A stretch of 64,000 nucleotides of DNA from Mobula hypostoma. Its lineage: Eukaryota. Made by a program: the position numbers and the translations under genes. The stretch covers positions 134,108,001 to 134,172,000 of the forward strand of contig NC_086097.1 of the NCBI RefSeq assembly GCF_963921235.1, read 5' to 3'. The notes beneath the pieces were generated by a model that was given only the letters and a program-made list of their open reading frames with translations, was not told the DNA's origin and ran no database searches. Of the stretch, positions 45,506 through 59,470 are shown piece by piece; position 1 is the first letter of the stretch, and the number at the start of each line of letters is the position of its first letter.

Positions 45506-48500
45506 CTTTTGTGGTGGTGTGTGATGGATAAATATTGGCTGTAGTATGAACACTTCTATCTTTAAAGTAGCAGAATAGGAGAAGTAGGGAAAGAACAATG
45601 TAAAGGGGACCAAAATCAAATTACCAGAGATCTTTTGTCTTACTTACTCTGTATCTGAGTACCATAATGTGGCTTTCCTCAAGGTCTTGAGTCCTTATGT
45701 TCTGATCTCTCAACTATTTTAGCTCTTCCAGCTTGGATCATTCACACAGAGAGTTCCAAATCCTTTTAACACTACGACTGTCTACCCAGTCTAGAGATTC
45801 GGGTGAGTAATCAGGTTTCCAGGAAGTGAGGTGCAACTGGTGCTTGGTGATTATTCCATAAGTCAGAAGGGCCTTCCAGTTTATTTGAGCTTGATATTTG
45901 TAAGTGTTCTAGGTGATGCATATTGTGGGAGTTCGATTGGAAGTATTGAAGTGGTCCTGAATTCTTTCGCTGGAAGTGATAAATTTGGGAATTTGTATTA
46001 AATGTAAGTTGAGACAGGAAGGAAAGTCGGCCACAGAAGGAGGGGAGTTGGGACGCAGGTCGATATCATCATGAGTGAGCTGTTGCTGGGTCCAAATCTA
46101 AAGCAGGAGAGAAGCAAGAACCTCATGGACAATGGTTGCCATGTAGAGATTGTCATGACTTTTAAATTAGGAGTATTATCAATGAAGGAGTATGGTATGC
46201 TGAATTTAGCAAGAAGTTCTAGGGAATGGGTTTATAATGTGACATATTGATGAAGTCTGCACTCTTAGCAGTGCAAAAGAAGGTGCTACAGAGTGTCTCA
46301 AAGTAACAAGCTGGTACTAAGATGCAAGACACATAGGCCATGATTCCAGCAGTCTCAAAGATGGGGTTATAAATGAGTAGCATGACGATCACACTTAGCA
46401 CAATTTACAACTAACACACACTGTAGCAACACACTGCAAAGTGATTAATCTAATTCAACATAACAGATGGGATTGCTTGATATATTCATGTAACCAATAG
46501 ATCATTTCTATCATAGTAGAAAAGTCCACAGTTTTTTTTCTGTTGGACCCCACCTGACAAAGATTTGTTTTATCTTTGATTTCACCCCACCCCCACCTTC
46601 ACCATTCTTCACTTCGGTGTTAAAATTTGTTTATCTAATTTCAGCCCTTTCCTAACTTTAGGCTGCCCTAGTTTGTAAACTTGATTCATTATCCTCATGT
46701 AATCTCGTATATCATAATACAATAAGAAATATAAATTCATATAGTTTAAAGCATACACTACAAGCATCTACTGAGGGACTGGACAATATAACAATATAAG
46801 CATATTTGATGAATCATTACTATCTATTATTCAATTTTTACATGTAAACTATACGTGTGCAATTAATACAACAAAAGAATTTTGTAGTGCAAAATCAGCT
46901 TATTGTAGTAAGAAGAAAGACAAGGGACTTCACAGAGCATTATCAAACAAAATACGACACAAAGCCACATAGAAGATAACAGTCAAGTGAAAAAGGGCTT
47001 GGTCAAAAAGTAAGATTCAAAGAAAGGCAGCAAAGAGGTTTAGGAAGGCACTTTAAGAGCCTTCGGTCTGAGGCTTTGGTCAAAGCAGTCACAGGCACGG
47101 CCACGTACGGCGATAAGAATGAAGTTAGCAAAGTACGAAAGGGGTAGAGCATGTTATGTCCCAGTTTTAATCCTTAACAGTGAATTTTGATGTCAGTGAA
47201 AATCAAATAACTACAGCTTTTTTTGTTTGATACAGACTTCTTGGCATCAACCCACGGACATCAGCTACGTACCAGAAGCAATGTGTCCCTACATCCCCTG
47301 CCTGACATTGACTTTAATGGGTCTGAGCATCTTGACCAACACTGCTTGCTCTACCTCTATGAATGACTGATGCCCTGTGTCAGGTCCTAGTTCCTTATGT
47401 TGTCTGTCACTTAATTCTGTGGCTTGTATTAGCCCCCAGGAGCTCAGGGAACCAGGCAAGGTTAGAAGGGTATTAGCCAAGTTGACATTTAGTGGCCAGT
47501 TGCCATACAACTGAGATCTGCATATTTGAAAAGAACGTTCACACAGTGAAGTCAATAGGGTGTGAGCATCCCATTACCCACAGAGATAAGGACACTTTGA
47601 AAGAAGTTGGATAAACTAGGGTTGTTTTTCCCCAAGCACCAGAGGCGATGGGGACATGTGACAGCTTTGACCACCGAGAGGGAATAGAAATTCTTTTTGA
47701 CTGGGTAGGTGGGGAGAAGAACATCAGCCCCACCAGAATATCAAGCTATCCCATGTTGCCTTGACTCGGTCTTGAGCTGTGAAAACACAATTGGATTAAG
47801 AGTTCCAAGTGCAGGAAATTGGCCTTAAAGTTACTTCAAAACTCCACTAGCGCTTGAGGGCTCCTTTACCCCATTACAACTTACTCTATCGAGTTAGTGT
47901 GAGGGGTTTGTAGGCAAACTGTTGGAAAAAAGTAAACTGGTCATCAGAGAGATTTTGCTCCCAAAGGATGATCTGTGGCATGGTGTCCATTTACTATGTT
48001 GTCAATTCCCTTTATTCATGAAGAAACTGTGGAAAAATTGTAATTTAGTTACCACAGCCAGTGAGCATAGAGCTGAAATGAAATGTTAGTTTATGAATAG
48101 AAAGCCTTCCAAAAGTAGGAACAGTGGGCTTACTTCATGTAAAAGACGCGTAGCAGTTCAGTAACAGTATACCATGGGGCCAAGGTTTACATGGCAAGAG
48201 CTGAAGGTTTAAACACCTACACAAATTATAAACTCTATGTTTGGAATGTTTCAAGGCTGCTTTAAGTCTGTTGATCCATGCATTATTTTAATTATGTCTG
48301 CTAATGGAAAAAAAGGAGAAAAAAATTAATAAAGCCTCCAACAGGAAGAACAACAGAGTATATTTTCCTGAGATTTAATGATTTACAGCAACTGCTCAAT
48401 TTGAGCCTCTGTTTTGTTGATGTACTGAGAAGATAAATCAGCTGTGGTATTATATTGCAAGTGTTCATGCAGTTTTGGTAAAGTGGATTTATGCTGTCAT

Positions 48501-48599
48501 AATGTGAATAAAAGAGTGAAGTACATCACTGTGAAATTTGACAAAAAAGTGCCAATGCGAATTCCTATTGTACTCAATTGGCTTCATTTATTACAGATT

Positions 48600-49270
48600 T
48601 CATACACATCTGTAGAAAAATAACCACAGATGCAAAGTAACTGTAAAAAAAAATCCACACACAAAAATAAATGTAAAATATTCACACATGAAACCATTCA
48701 TAGAAAAATATCCACAATCAAAAATTACCTGGAGGAGATTATTCACATACAAAACATCTGTTGGGAACTCACTATATGCTTCCATTGGAAAATATCAATG
48801 CACAGACATTCACAGGAAAATATATACATAAATGTGCACACAGATCTGTAAAGAAAATATTATTTCGCAAGAACACCTGTAGGAAGTTCATCACACACCA
48901 AAAGAGTCTATAAGAAGATATGCACCCAAACAAAACACCCAAGATGATATCCATACATACTCCTGTAGAAATATATAACCTCACGGAACCTCAGCAGGAA
49001 ATTGTCTGTACTACAAAGCATCTTTAAGGAAATATTTGCACAGTTCTATAAATCTGTTGGAAAATACCCCATCGATATCTTTAGGAAAATATCCATGCTT
49101 CCAGATGTAAAATAATGCTATGGCTGAGCCTTCAGGACAATATTCACACTTAAAATGCCTGTCAGAAAATACCCCCACACATAGAGCCCTGGGAAAATAT
49201 CCAGTGCACAATTGTCAAAAAATATCCTGGTATACAAACTTCTGCATGGAATTACATGCATGTAAAAACA
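48600..49270. repeat. Highly degenerate tandem array, about 23 units of ~29 bp
   Basis: Recurring core approximating aaacatctgtaggaaaatatccacacac, spaced roughly 25-38 bp apart. Confidence 0.7.
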
Positions 49271-51139
49271 TTTATGTTTATAAACACATTATGCTAATAT
49301 GTGTAATATAATTTACCAGGAGAAATTTAATTTTATTTTTGAAACAGTATCTCTGCAATGCTACATCACTTAGATAGAAATGTATTAAGCATTACTGCTA
49401 GTTAATTGATTCCTATGAGCTCAATCCACTGCCTACCTAAGAGAGACTGACTAAAGCTGGTAGGCATATTTCTCTCGTTGAGCTGTCTAGTGTAGCTAGC
49501 TGCTAACTTTGATGCGCGACAAAGCAATTTATATGGTAAATTGTACCAAATAATGGTTATAGTGAGTGTTATGGCTGCACTGAAAGGAAATGTCACGGTA
49601 AATAGCTGCCAAATTATGGACTGTGCTATAGTGTCACAACTGCGCTAAAGACAAATAGCACAACAGGCTACTGCCAGCACCCAGCATGACACCGATGAGT
49701 TATAGAGCAGAGCAGCAGCATGATGTGATGGTCTTTGTACTTTTATTATAAAAGAGGGTTACAGTCTGGGCCTGATGTGTGTGACATGGAAGCTGGAGTT
49801 GGTTCAATGTCAGGCTGTGTGGAGTCTGAATCTACTAATAGTCCATCGTGGGGTTACAATATGCAGAAAACATTTGTTGAGTGAAATATCCAGAACTGCT
49901 TTGGGTTTACATAACTATCTTAAAAAAGGTGGAAGGGTTCTGTGAATGCCTGAAGTGGTTTCTATAAGAGTGGTATTCATTGTAATGTTTCAACTTGCAA
50001 TGCCACTTTCCTGATTAAATGATGGAAGTAAACAAATTGTCTTGTGTCTTTACTGCCAGATGGATTTAAACATCTTCCTTGCCTCCCATAAACCACATGT
50101 GCAGAGGTGATGCATCTGTTTCCAATACATGCCCAAGTTCAAAATCAAGAAGCCAAGCTCAATTTCTCCCCATCGCATTCTGATGTGACTTTTAACGTCA
50201 CATGCCTGTATTTTGCAAACTCACAGGTTGTCTCCTCTTCAAAGGGATAAAGTGAAAGGATCTGGTTTTCTTGCACCAGCATACCTCCAGGTTTCCCCCG
50301 GAGCCTCCAGGATCTAAAGCCCAGACTCCAGGCAAAAACCCAGAGGAAATCACTGGGGCATTGAAATATATTTTAATTTCCACTTTCTTTGAAAGATTTA
50401 TTACTCGTTCTACAAATTGGAGATTGAAATTCAAGTATTACCTAATTGGATCCATTCAACTGTTAGAAGAGCCCTTGCCTTGATTTACTAATGATAACTG
50501 GGCTTGGGGCTTGGAATCCATGGGTTGAAGGAAATCATGTGGAAAAACCTCCCCAAAACTGATTCACAAAGTTGACAGTCTTTCTGATCTTGTGTCAAAG
50601 TTTCATGTTGCCTAAAAGGGAAGGCCTTTACATATGTCAAAACATGCCATGGGTGGGGAGGTAGAGAGCGAGAAATGCCAACATCCCCAGTTTGGCAAGA
50701 ACTGGGCACACTATTCACAGATGGCATATTGAGTAAACTTGCTTGTCATTGGGATCCACCTAATTTGACAGGCTGAGGAGGATCACAACCTGAGGTCACC
50801 AAACTATAAAATCACTATTTTTAACAATAACTCCATTTTTATTTTACGTTGACTATGTTAAAAGACTATAGTATTTAGAGAACATGATTCATGAAAAAGT
50901 TGGTCAAATTCTTTCATCAGAGTCAAAATGTTATTGGATCAATCCTGTTCCAGAAAAACAACTCCACAACTAATAGTTTTAATCAATTTTACTATTTACT
51001 GGAATTACTGGTAAAATTATTTTTTGGATCGGGTTCTATTTGTTCTATCAGTGGTCTTGACCCTATTTCAAAGAATAAATTAAGTCTCCCTAGATTCCTA
51101 ACCAATATTCATCCTCCAAACAACATTAATAAGAAACAA

Positions 51140-51290
51140 CAAATTACCTGGTCATTACTGAATTGCTATTTACAGGAACCCGAAGTAAATAAATTGGTTG
51201 CCATGGTTCTGATTTTACAACTGTGACCACATTTAAGAAATACTTCATTGACCGTAACATGCTGTGGGGCATCCTGAAGGATGAAGGGTT
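51140..51290 (+). mobile_element. DeuSINE 3' fragment
   Basis: aaattggttgccatggttctgattttacaactgtgaccacatttaagaaatacttcattgaccgtaacatgctgtggggcatcctga. Confidence 0.6.
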
Positions 51291-52714
51291 TATGTCTTCT
51301 TGCCATGCTTATGATCCTGTGTCTGGTTTAATATGTTGAAAATTATTCTTTGTTTCTTCTTCATCTGTTTACTTCACATAAAGCTAAACACCTTGACTAT
51401 TAATAGACTGTTCTCCATCGTGTATTTGAGGTGTAAGATGATCTTTCCCTCTTCCTGACTCGGTTGTTGCTAAGTAACTTGGTAAGTGTACAATTCACTC
51501 ATGTATAGAGCCATGGAGACAAACAGTATAGAAACAGGCCCCTCAGCCAAACAAATCTGTACCAGCAAGTTGCCTTGCTGACCTCTACCATTTGCCCACA
51601 TTTGCTCCTTACCCTTCTCAAACTTTCCTATCCCAGTACCCGTCCAAATGTGTTGTAAATGTAGTAATTGTACCAACCTCTACGACTTTTTCTGGGAGCT
51701 CATTTGATATACACACCATCATCTGTGTGAAAAACTTACCTTTCACTTCACTTGCTGGAGTCATGGCTTGCAGAAAGGAAGGCAGAAGTTGGAGGTAAAT
51801 CGCCTTGACCCCAGGTCATAATTGTAGGAGTTTCTCAGAATGGCCTTGGCCTGACCACCTTCATCACAAGGTTGGGAATGTGGATGACAATTGATAATTC
51901 CTGTAGCAACCTTTCAGCAACTGAAGCACCCACATCTGCATGCAGCAAGGCCTAGACAACATCAATGAATGAGCTGGTAAGTGGCAAGAAACATTTATTC
52001 CAAACAAGCATGAAGCTAACCATCTCCCTTTGACACTCAAATGGTATTAACTCACTGTTTTCAGGTAGTTTTGTGGCACCTTGAATATTTGGCTAGATCT
52101 TTTCTAGAATTACTGTACATACCTGACATGATCTGGTTGCCAATTATGCAAGAGCTGCCTTTGCTCCTCATATAAGGTCCCTTTTGGTACACTGCAGATA
52201 AGATGGATGGGCATTCCCACAACAACTATTTCTTCACATAGATGGTTTGGGATCCACCAATGGGAAAATCACATCTTTATGCTATAGGAATACCACCACT
52301 TCTACCCTCCTGCTCAAGGTACTGACTACCTTCTCAACCCTTTAATCTCCCAAACCCAATGATCTCCATTTGACTCATTAATCTCCCTCTGATTAGCCAA
52401 GATCCAGAACTGAGGCCTCAGCCTCCTCCAGCACCATTTCTGGATAGTTAGCATATCCCCACCACCCAGCCCTGATCTTACCACACCTCACCATCCTTCC
52501 CTCCCCCAAAACTCTGACTACTAGCCATTGTAACCCACCCAGTTAACAGCCACTGGCCCTCAATCCCCACAATTCTTCAGAATGCTGGGGGCGAATTTTT
52601 GAAGAAGAGGAAATATAATGCCCTTTCAATGGACTTGCTGCCTTTGACTTTGGCCACTACTGTAGTTCAGAATTATGGACCCTTGACCAAAATGGTCTTA
52701 ATGTACCTCTTGGG

Positions 52715-53379
52715 GTACTCTACAACTTCTGGATAGAGTCAATCCACAGGTTAAAAATACCTGATTTACCGACATCACTACATACAAACAAGCTCCCATA
52801 GTATTATTAAATTCAGAAGTCTGACATTCATACAAATGTTCATTGCTACAAATGGTAAAATTAGTTTCCTCTCTCTCACCACGCTATGTAATTGTACTAC
52901 AAAATTAGTCTTTTGTGTTTTCGATGCCATTTGTTATAATGCTATACAGTTATGGTTACTATTTTGAGTGATTTTCGGGTATTTTCTGCCTTATAGACAA
53001 AATCAACGTATGGATGTCTATAAAACTGGGGCCCATTCAAATGAACCAACCTTCTCTCCACTGACTCTGTCTGCCTTGGAAAAGTTGCCAACATAATTAA
53101 AGACCACTTCCACCAGGACGTTCTCTCTTCTCTCCCTTCCTGTCGGGCAGAAGATACAAAATCTTGAGAGCATATGCCACCAGGCTCAGAGACATCTTCC
53201 TTCCTTCTGTTTAAAGACTCTTCAATGGACCTCTCACATGCTAAAAGATGAATGCTTGATCTTGCAATCTACCATTGATGTATGGAATGATTTGTGTAGA
53301 AGGCATGCAAACAAAAGTTGTTCATAGATGTGACAATACTAAAACTATTACCAATTCCATTTGTTACCCAGGAGAGCCT
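52715..53379. mobile_element. Possible Tigger/pogo-like MITE interrupted by a Rex1 3' fragment (about 53040-53350)
   Basis: Degenerate end cccatt...gttacccaggagagccta; the insert has cttcctgtcgggcagaagatac (LPSGRRY). Confidence 0.4.
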
Positions 53380-54764
53380 ATGTTAATATTTGAGGTTCAT
53401 TACCTTTCATCAGCACTAGGGAATGGTCAAGGTGTAAAATATTGGAACTAAACATGGATCCAGGGAAGATAGGAAGGACAGACAAATGAGAAAGTATGCG
53501 ACAGGACAGAGTACTTCAGAAGGGCAGGTGATCCAAAGCAAATCGGAAGCATTTGGTTATATTAGCATCTTCAGAATGAAACTTAATGGGCTTCAGTGAG
53601 ATCCGCAGTCTGACAGCCCTGTGATTGAAAAGCTCCTTAGCTGAAGTTCCCTGCAAGAAAAGATTTCAGTAGTAACTGCACTGTCGCAGAAATAAGCCAG
53701 GTTCCTCTGCAAAGGGGAGAGGAAACCACCCACTCACTCTACACTGTACATTCTAGGAGCCAGCAACAGATGATCACAGCAGGTCTGCTATGTAAATTCC
53801 CAACCAACACTGCCGCAAGAAGCAAGTTAACACAATTGCAAGAAAGTTGCAAAAATTGGCAATCCAATGCTTGAGGCAGGCACTGGATCACACAAAGTCA
53901 AAGTTGAGTTCATTGCTGTATGTACAAGTGCAATGAAAAACTTACTTGCAGCAGCATTCACAAGGGTTTAATTTTTAAAAGGAAGAACACAATTAGAACA
54001 AATAAAAAAGCCCATTTTAGTGCAAAGTGATCGAAATGGCTAAACTCTTCTGATTAAGGTTGTGCAAGTCAGCTCAAGAACGGAATGTTGAACGGAAGTA
54101 GTTGTTCATGAACATGGTGGTGTAGGGCTTCAGACTCCCATACCTCCTCTCCAACAGTAGCTGCAAGAAGATGGCAGCACCCATGAAGATAGAAAGAGCA
54201 TCAACTTTTCAGGCCAATTGCTCTTCAGCATATCATCTCATTGTGGAGCTGAACGTCAGTAAAACATTCTCCAAGCATTAGAATGGTGAGGTTAATTCAA
54301 AGGGATTCCATTGTCTGTAAAACTCTTCAGTATCTCTGAAGCCATGAAAAAGGCACCAGAAATAACAATTAGTTCCTACTCAGGACTTACTAATTCAAAA
54401 TAACTTGTAAGTACTAAAATCCATCTGGGACTGGGTAAATTTTAATATTGGTCAGTTGTCTGGGTTGGATCTGTCAGCCATTCCAATGCCAGAAAAGTAG
54501 AAAGAAAAATCAAGCAGTAAATTAAAAATAAATAAATTAATTAATTAATTAGGTTTAATCTCTCCTCCTTCAGATTACTGCTCACCGATGTCTCCACTTT
54601 TATGTGTAGGTCACTAAAAACGGGGTTATAGAGTAAAATAGCAAAGAAACAGACCGTTCAGTACAGTTTGCCATGCCAAACAAGATGCCCATCGAAGGCT
54701 ATCTATCCCATGTGCCTGCGTTTGACCCTCATCTCTCTAAACCTTTCCTATCCACATACACATC

Positions 54765-57700
54765 CAGTCAGCAAGAGGTAGTGCGTAAAAGGAGCTACCT
54801 TTCAGTCAGGTCTGCACTCAAGATTTAAAAGCAGAGCTTCGAGCCAGTTTTCTCTGAGTTGGACAATCCACGTCAGGCCTGTGTAAGGAGGAGCTATCTT
54901 TTCACCAGGCGGGTGATCAAGATTTCAAAGCCAGAATTTCATTGGCAGTTTCTCTGAGTTGAGGAGCGACCAGTCAGCAAGAGGGATTCATTAGAAAGGG
55001 CCAATAAAAATAGCATAGGTGCAAGCGGAACTGCCATTGTTGTGAGTGTGCCAGTGTCAGGAGTAGATTTGGCTCAAAAGGCTTAGGCCAGATCAGGCTT
55101 GGGTGAGATTAATTGTCTTGTAAGTTACTCTCTCTCTGTCCTTAGCTGTTGATTCCGCATTTGCTCAGGCATAGCAGATTAGTGAGAAGGCTCCGGGGCA
55201 GTGTATTGTACTCCATATGGGACAAGAGCAGTCTCCCCGATAACCACACCTGCACCAGGTACACTGAGAGAATGTATTAAGGAACTAGAGCTGCAGCTCA
55301 ATGACCTTCGACTCATACGGGAGAATAAGGAGGTGATAAACAGGTGCTACAGGGAGGTAATCACCCCTAGTTTGCAGGAGACAGGTAAATGGGTGACTGT
55401 CAGGAGAAAGGGGAGAATAGCACAGCCAGTGCAGAATACATCTTCGGGCGTTCCCCTCAGTAATATATAACTGTAGATACTATTGAGGAGAACAGCCTTC
55501 TGGGGGGAGCCACAGTGACCGTGTCTCTGGCACTGAGTCTGGTGCTGTGACTCGCAAGAGCAGAGAAGTAAAGAGGACTGCAGTGTTGATAGGAGATTCC
55601 TTAGAGGAACAGAGATGAGGTTCTGTGGGCACAATAGAGACATCCAGTTGGTATGTTCCCTTGGTGCCAGGATCAGGGATGTCTCGAATCGTGCCCATGG
55701 TATTCTCAAGGGCGAGGGTGAGCAGCCAGAGGTCTTGGTGCATATTGGCACCAAAGACATAGGTAGACAAGGAGAGGAGGTCCTGGCGAGAGATTTTAGG
55801 GAACTAAATAGAAAGCTGAGAAACAGGACCTCCAGGGTAGTAATCTCTGGATTGCTGCCTGTGCCACGCACCAGTGAGGGTAAGAATAGGATGATTTGGC
55901 AGGTGAATGCATGGCTGTGAACTGGTGCAGGGAGCAGGAGTTCAGCTCCATGGATCATTAGGATCTCTTCTGGGGAAAGTGGGACCTGTACCTGAACCCG
56001 AGGCTGTCCAATATCCTTGTGGGAAGGTTAACTAAAGTTGTTCAGGTGGGTTTAAACTAATTTGGCAAGGGAATGGGAACCAGACTGATGGTGCTGATGA
56101 TGAGGCAGTTCATTTACAAACAGGGGCAAAGTGTAGTGAGACTCCCAGCAAGGAAAGGCTGATGACAGGGCACGTTTGCAGTCAATAGGATGAGTTGCAA
56201 TGTAAAAGGTGGACAAAATTGCAAGAGGCAAATACAGGACTGAAGGTGTTTTATTTGAATGTGCGCAGCATACGGAATAAAGTTGATGTACTTGTAGCAT
56301 AGTTACAGATTTGCATGTATAATGTAGACATCATTGAATCGTGGCTGAAAGAAGATTGTAGCTGGAAGCTTAATGCCCAAGGATACACATTGTATCGAAA
56401 GGATAAGCAGGAAGGCAGAAGGGGTGGCGTTGCTCCTTGGTAAAAACTGAAATCAAATCATTAGAAAGAGGTGACTTCGGGTCCAAAGGTTTTGAAACAT
56501 TGTGGATAGAGCTAAGGAATTGCAAGGGTAAAAAGACCCTGGTGGGAGTTATATACAGATCCCCAAACAGCAATAAGGATGTGGTTTACAAATTACAATG
56601 TGAGATAGAAAATGCATGTCAAAAAGGCAATGTTACAATAGTCATGGGGGATTTCAATATGCAGGTAGATTGGGAAAATCAGGTTGGTGCTGGATTCCAA
56701 GAGGGGGAATTTCTAAAATACCTACGAGCTGGCTTTTTAGGGCAGCTTGTGGTGGAGCCCACCAGGGGATCAGCTATTCTGGATTAGGTGTTGTGCAATG
56801 AACTGGAATGGATAAAAGAGCCAAAGGTAAAAGAACCCTCAGGGGAAAGTGATCATAATGTGATCAAATTCACCCTGAAATTTGAGAAGAAGAAGCTAAA
56901 ATCAGATGTATCAGTATTACAGTGGAGTAAAGGGAATTACAATGTCATGAGAGAGGAGCTGGCCAGAAAAGAACACTGGCAGGGATGACAGCAGAGCAGC
57001 AATGGCTGGAATTTCTGGAAGCAATTCAGAAGGCTGAGGAAATATGCATTCCAAAGGAGAACAGGTATTCTAAAGGCAAGATGGCATAACTGTGGTTAAC
57101 AAGAGAAGTCAAAGCCAACATAAAAGCCAAAGAGAGGGTATATAATAGAGCAAAATTTAGTGAGAAACTAGGGGATTGGGAAGCTTTTAAATACCAACAG
57201 AAGGCAACTAAAAAAGTCATTAAGAAGGTATGGTGGAATACGAAAGTAAGCTAGCCAGTAATATTAAAGGGGCTACCAAAAGCTTCTTCAGATACATAAA
57301 GTGTAAAAGAAAGGTGAGAGTGGATATCGAACCATTGGAAAACGATGCTGGAGATGCTAGTAATGGGGGACCAGGAAATGACGGATGAACTGAATAAGTA
57401 TTTTGCAACTGTCTTCACTGTGGAAGACACTAGTATTGTGGTGGAAGATCCATCAGGTGTCAGGGGTCATGAAGTGTGTGAAGTTACCATTACTAGGGAG
57501 AAGGTTCTTGGGAAACTGAAAGGTCTGACAGTAGACAAGTCACCTGGGCCAGATGGTGTACACCCCAAGGTTGTGAAAGAGGTGGCTGAAGAGATTGTGG
57601 AGGCACTAGTAATGATCTTTCAAGAATCACTAGATTCTGGAATGGTTCCAGAAGTCTGGAAAATTGCAAATGTCACATCATTCATCAAGATGGGAGAGAG

Positions 57701-59095
57701 GCAGAAGAAAGGAAATTATAGGCTAGTTAGTCAGAACTCAGTCATTGGGAAGACGTTGGAGTCTATTGTTAAGGATATGATTTCAGGGCACTTGGAGGCA
57801 CATGATAAATTAGGCTGTAGTCAGCATGGTTTCTTCAAGGGAAAATCCTGCCTAACAAATCTGTTGGAATTCTTAGAAGAAATAACAAGCAGGATAGGCA
57901 AAGGAGAATTGGTTGATGATGTGAATTTGGATTTTCAGAAGGCCCTTGATAAGGTGCCACACATGAGGCTGCTTAACAAGCTACGAGCCCATGGTATTAC
58001 AGTAAACAGTACACCATGGATAAAGCAGTTGTTGACTTACAAGACACAAAGAGTTGGATTTTGACTTTTCTGTTTGACTTCTGGTAACTCGTGGTGTTCC
58101 ACAGGGGTCTGTGTTGAGACTGATTCTTTTTACAGTATATGTCAATGATTTGGACGATGGGGCTTGATGGCTTTGTTGCAAAGTTTTCAGACAATAGATA
58201 GAAGGGGCAGGTAGTTTTGAGGAAGTAGAGAGGCTACAGAAGGACTTAGACAGATTAGGAGAATGGGTACGGAAGTAACGATGGAATACACTGTCGGGAA
58301 GTGCATGGTCATGCACTTTGGTAGAAGAAATGCAAGGGTTGACTATTTTCTAAATAGAGAGAAAATACCAAAATCTGAAGTGCAAAGAGACTTGGGAGTC
58401 CTTGTGCAGGATTCCCCAAAGGTTAATTTGCAGGCTGAGTCTGTGGTGAGGAAATCAAATGTGACGTTAGCATTCATTTCAAGAGGACTAGGATATAAAA
58501 TCAAGGATGCAATTCTAAGGCTTTATAAAGCACTAGTGGGGCCTCATTTAGAAATTCGCAAACAGTTTTGGGCCCCTTAGAAGGGATGTGCTGAAACTGG
58601 AGAAGGTTCAAAGAAGGTTCACAAAATTGGTTCCAGGTTTGAATAGCTTGTCATATGAAGAGCATTTGATCGCTCTGGGCCTGTATTCATGGAATTCAGG
58701 CAAATGAGGGCTGACCAAATTGAAACCTATCAAATGGTGAAAGGCCTTGACAACGTAGTTGTGAAGAGGAAGTTCCCTGTTGTGGGAGAGTCCAAGTCCA
58801 GAGGATACAGCCTCATAATAGAGGGGCATCTCTTAGAACAGAGATGAGGAGAAATTTCTTTAGCCAGAGAGTGGTGAATCTGTGGAATTTTTTGCCACAG
58901 GCATCTGAGGAGGCCAAGTCTGTATGTATGTTTAATGCAGAGGTTGATAAATTTTTGATTGGTCTGGGCATGAAGGGACATGGGGGAAGGTAGGAGATTG
59001 GGTCTCAGAGGAAAAATGGATCAACCATGATGAAAAGGCGGAGCAGACTCGATGGACCAAATGGCCTTATTCAGCTTCTATGTCTTATGACCTTA
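54765..59095 (+). mobile_element. Near full-length CR1 LINE, decayed: repeated 5' UTR, ORF1 with SGNH esterase, ORF2 APE endonuclease plus RT
   Basis: ORF1 remnants LRECIKELELQLNDLR, IGDS, VLVHIGTKDIG, VVISGLLPVP. ORF2 remnants YLNVRSIRNK, GVIYRSPNS, MGDFN, SDH, KSPGPDG, QHGF.KGKSCLTNL, DFQKALDKVPH. Tail tctatgtcttatgacctt. Confidence 0.93.
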
Positions 59096-59184
59096 AAGTC
59101 TAAATGTTGCTAATATACCTGCCTCAACTATTTCTTCAGCCTCTGCGTGACGAAGTTGTTCTTTGGATCGATTTTAATTCTCAC

Positions 59185-59470
59185 CACTCTCACCTTAAAC
59201 TTAAGCCTTCTTTCTCGATATTGATTCCCTCTATCTGGAAAAGCAAACAGTATACATTCACCCTATCTATTCTCCTCATGATTTTAAAAATTTCTACAAG
59301 ATCAACATTTAGTCTCCTGCACTCCAAGGAATAAAGTCCTAGCCTGCCCAACCTCCCCCTGTAACTCAGACCCTTGAGTCCTGGCAACATTCTCATAAAT
59401 TTTCTCTGCTCTTTCTTCAACCTAATGACATTTTTCCTATAAGAGGGCGACCGAAACTGCACACAACATC
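59185..59470 (-). mobile_element. CR1 fragment
   Basis: QFRSPSYRKNV...MLPGLKGLSYRGRLGRLGLYSLECRRL. Confidence 0.85.

Noticed and set aside
48600..49270. CRISPR-like repeat/spacer reading of the periodic array
   Set aside because: Vertebrate context, no cas genes, no identical repeats and no distinct spacers.
49385..49436. Minus-strand AGGCAGTGGATTGAGCTCATAG resembles miR-34b/449 (same seed)
   Set aside because: The downstream arm pairs only with a ~9-nt bulge and the mature sequence differs at several positions; it is not a credible pre-miRNA hairpin.
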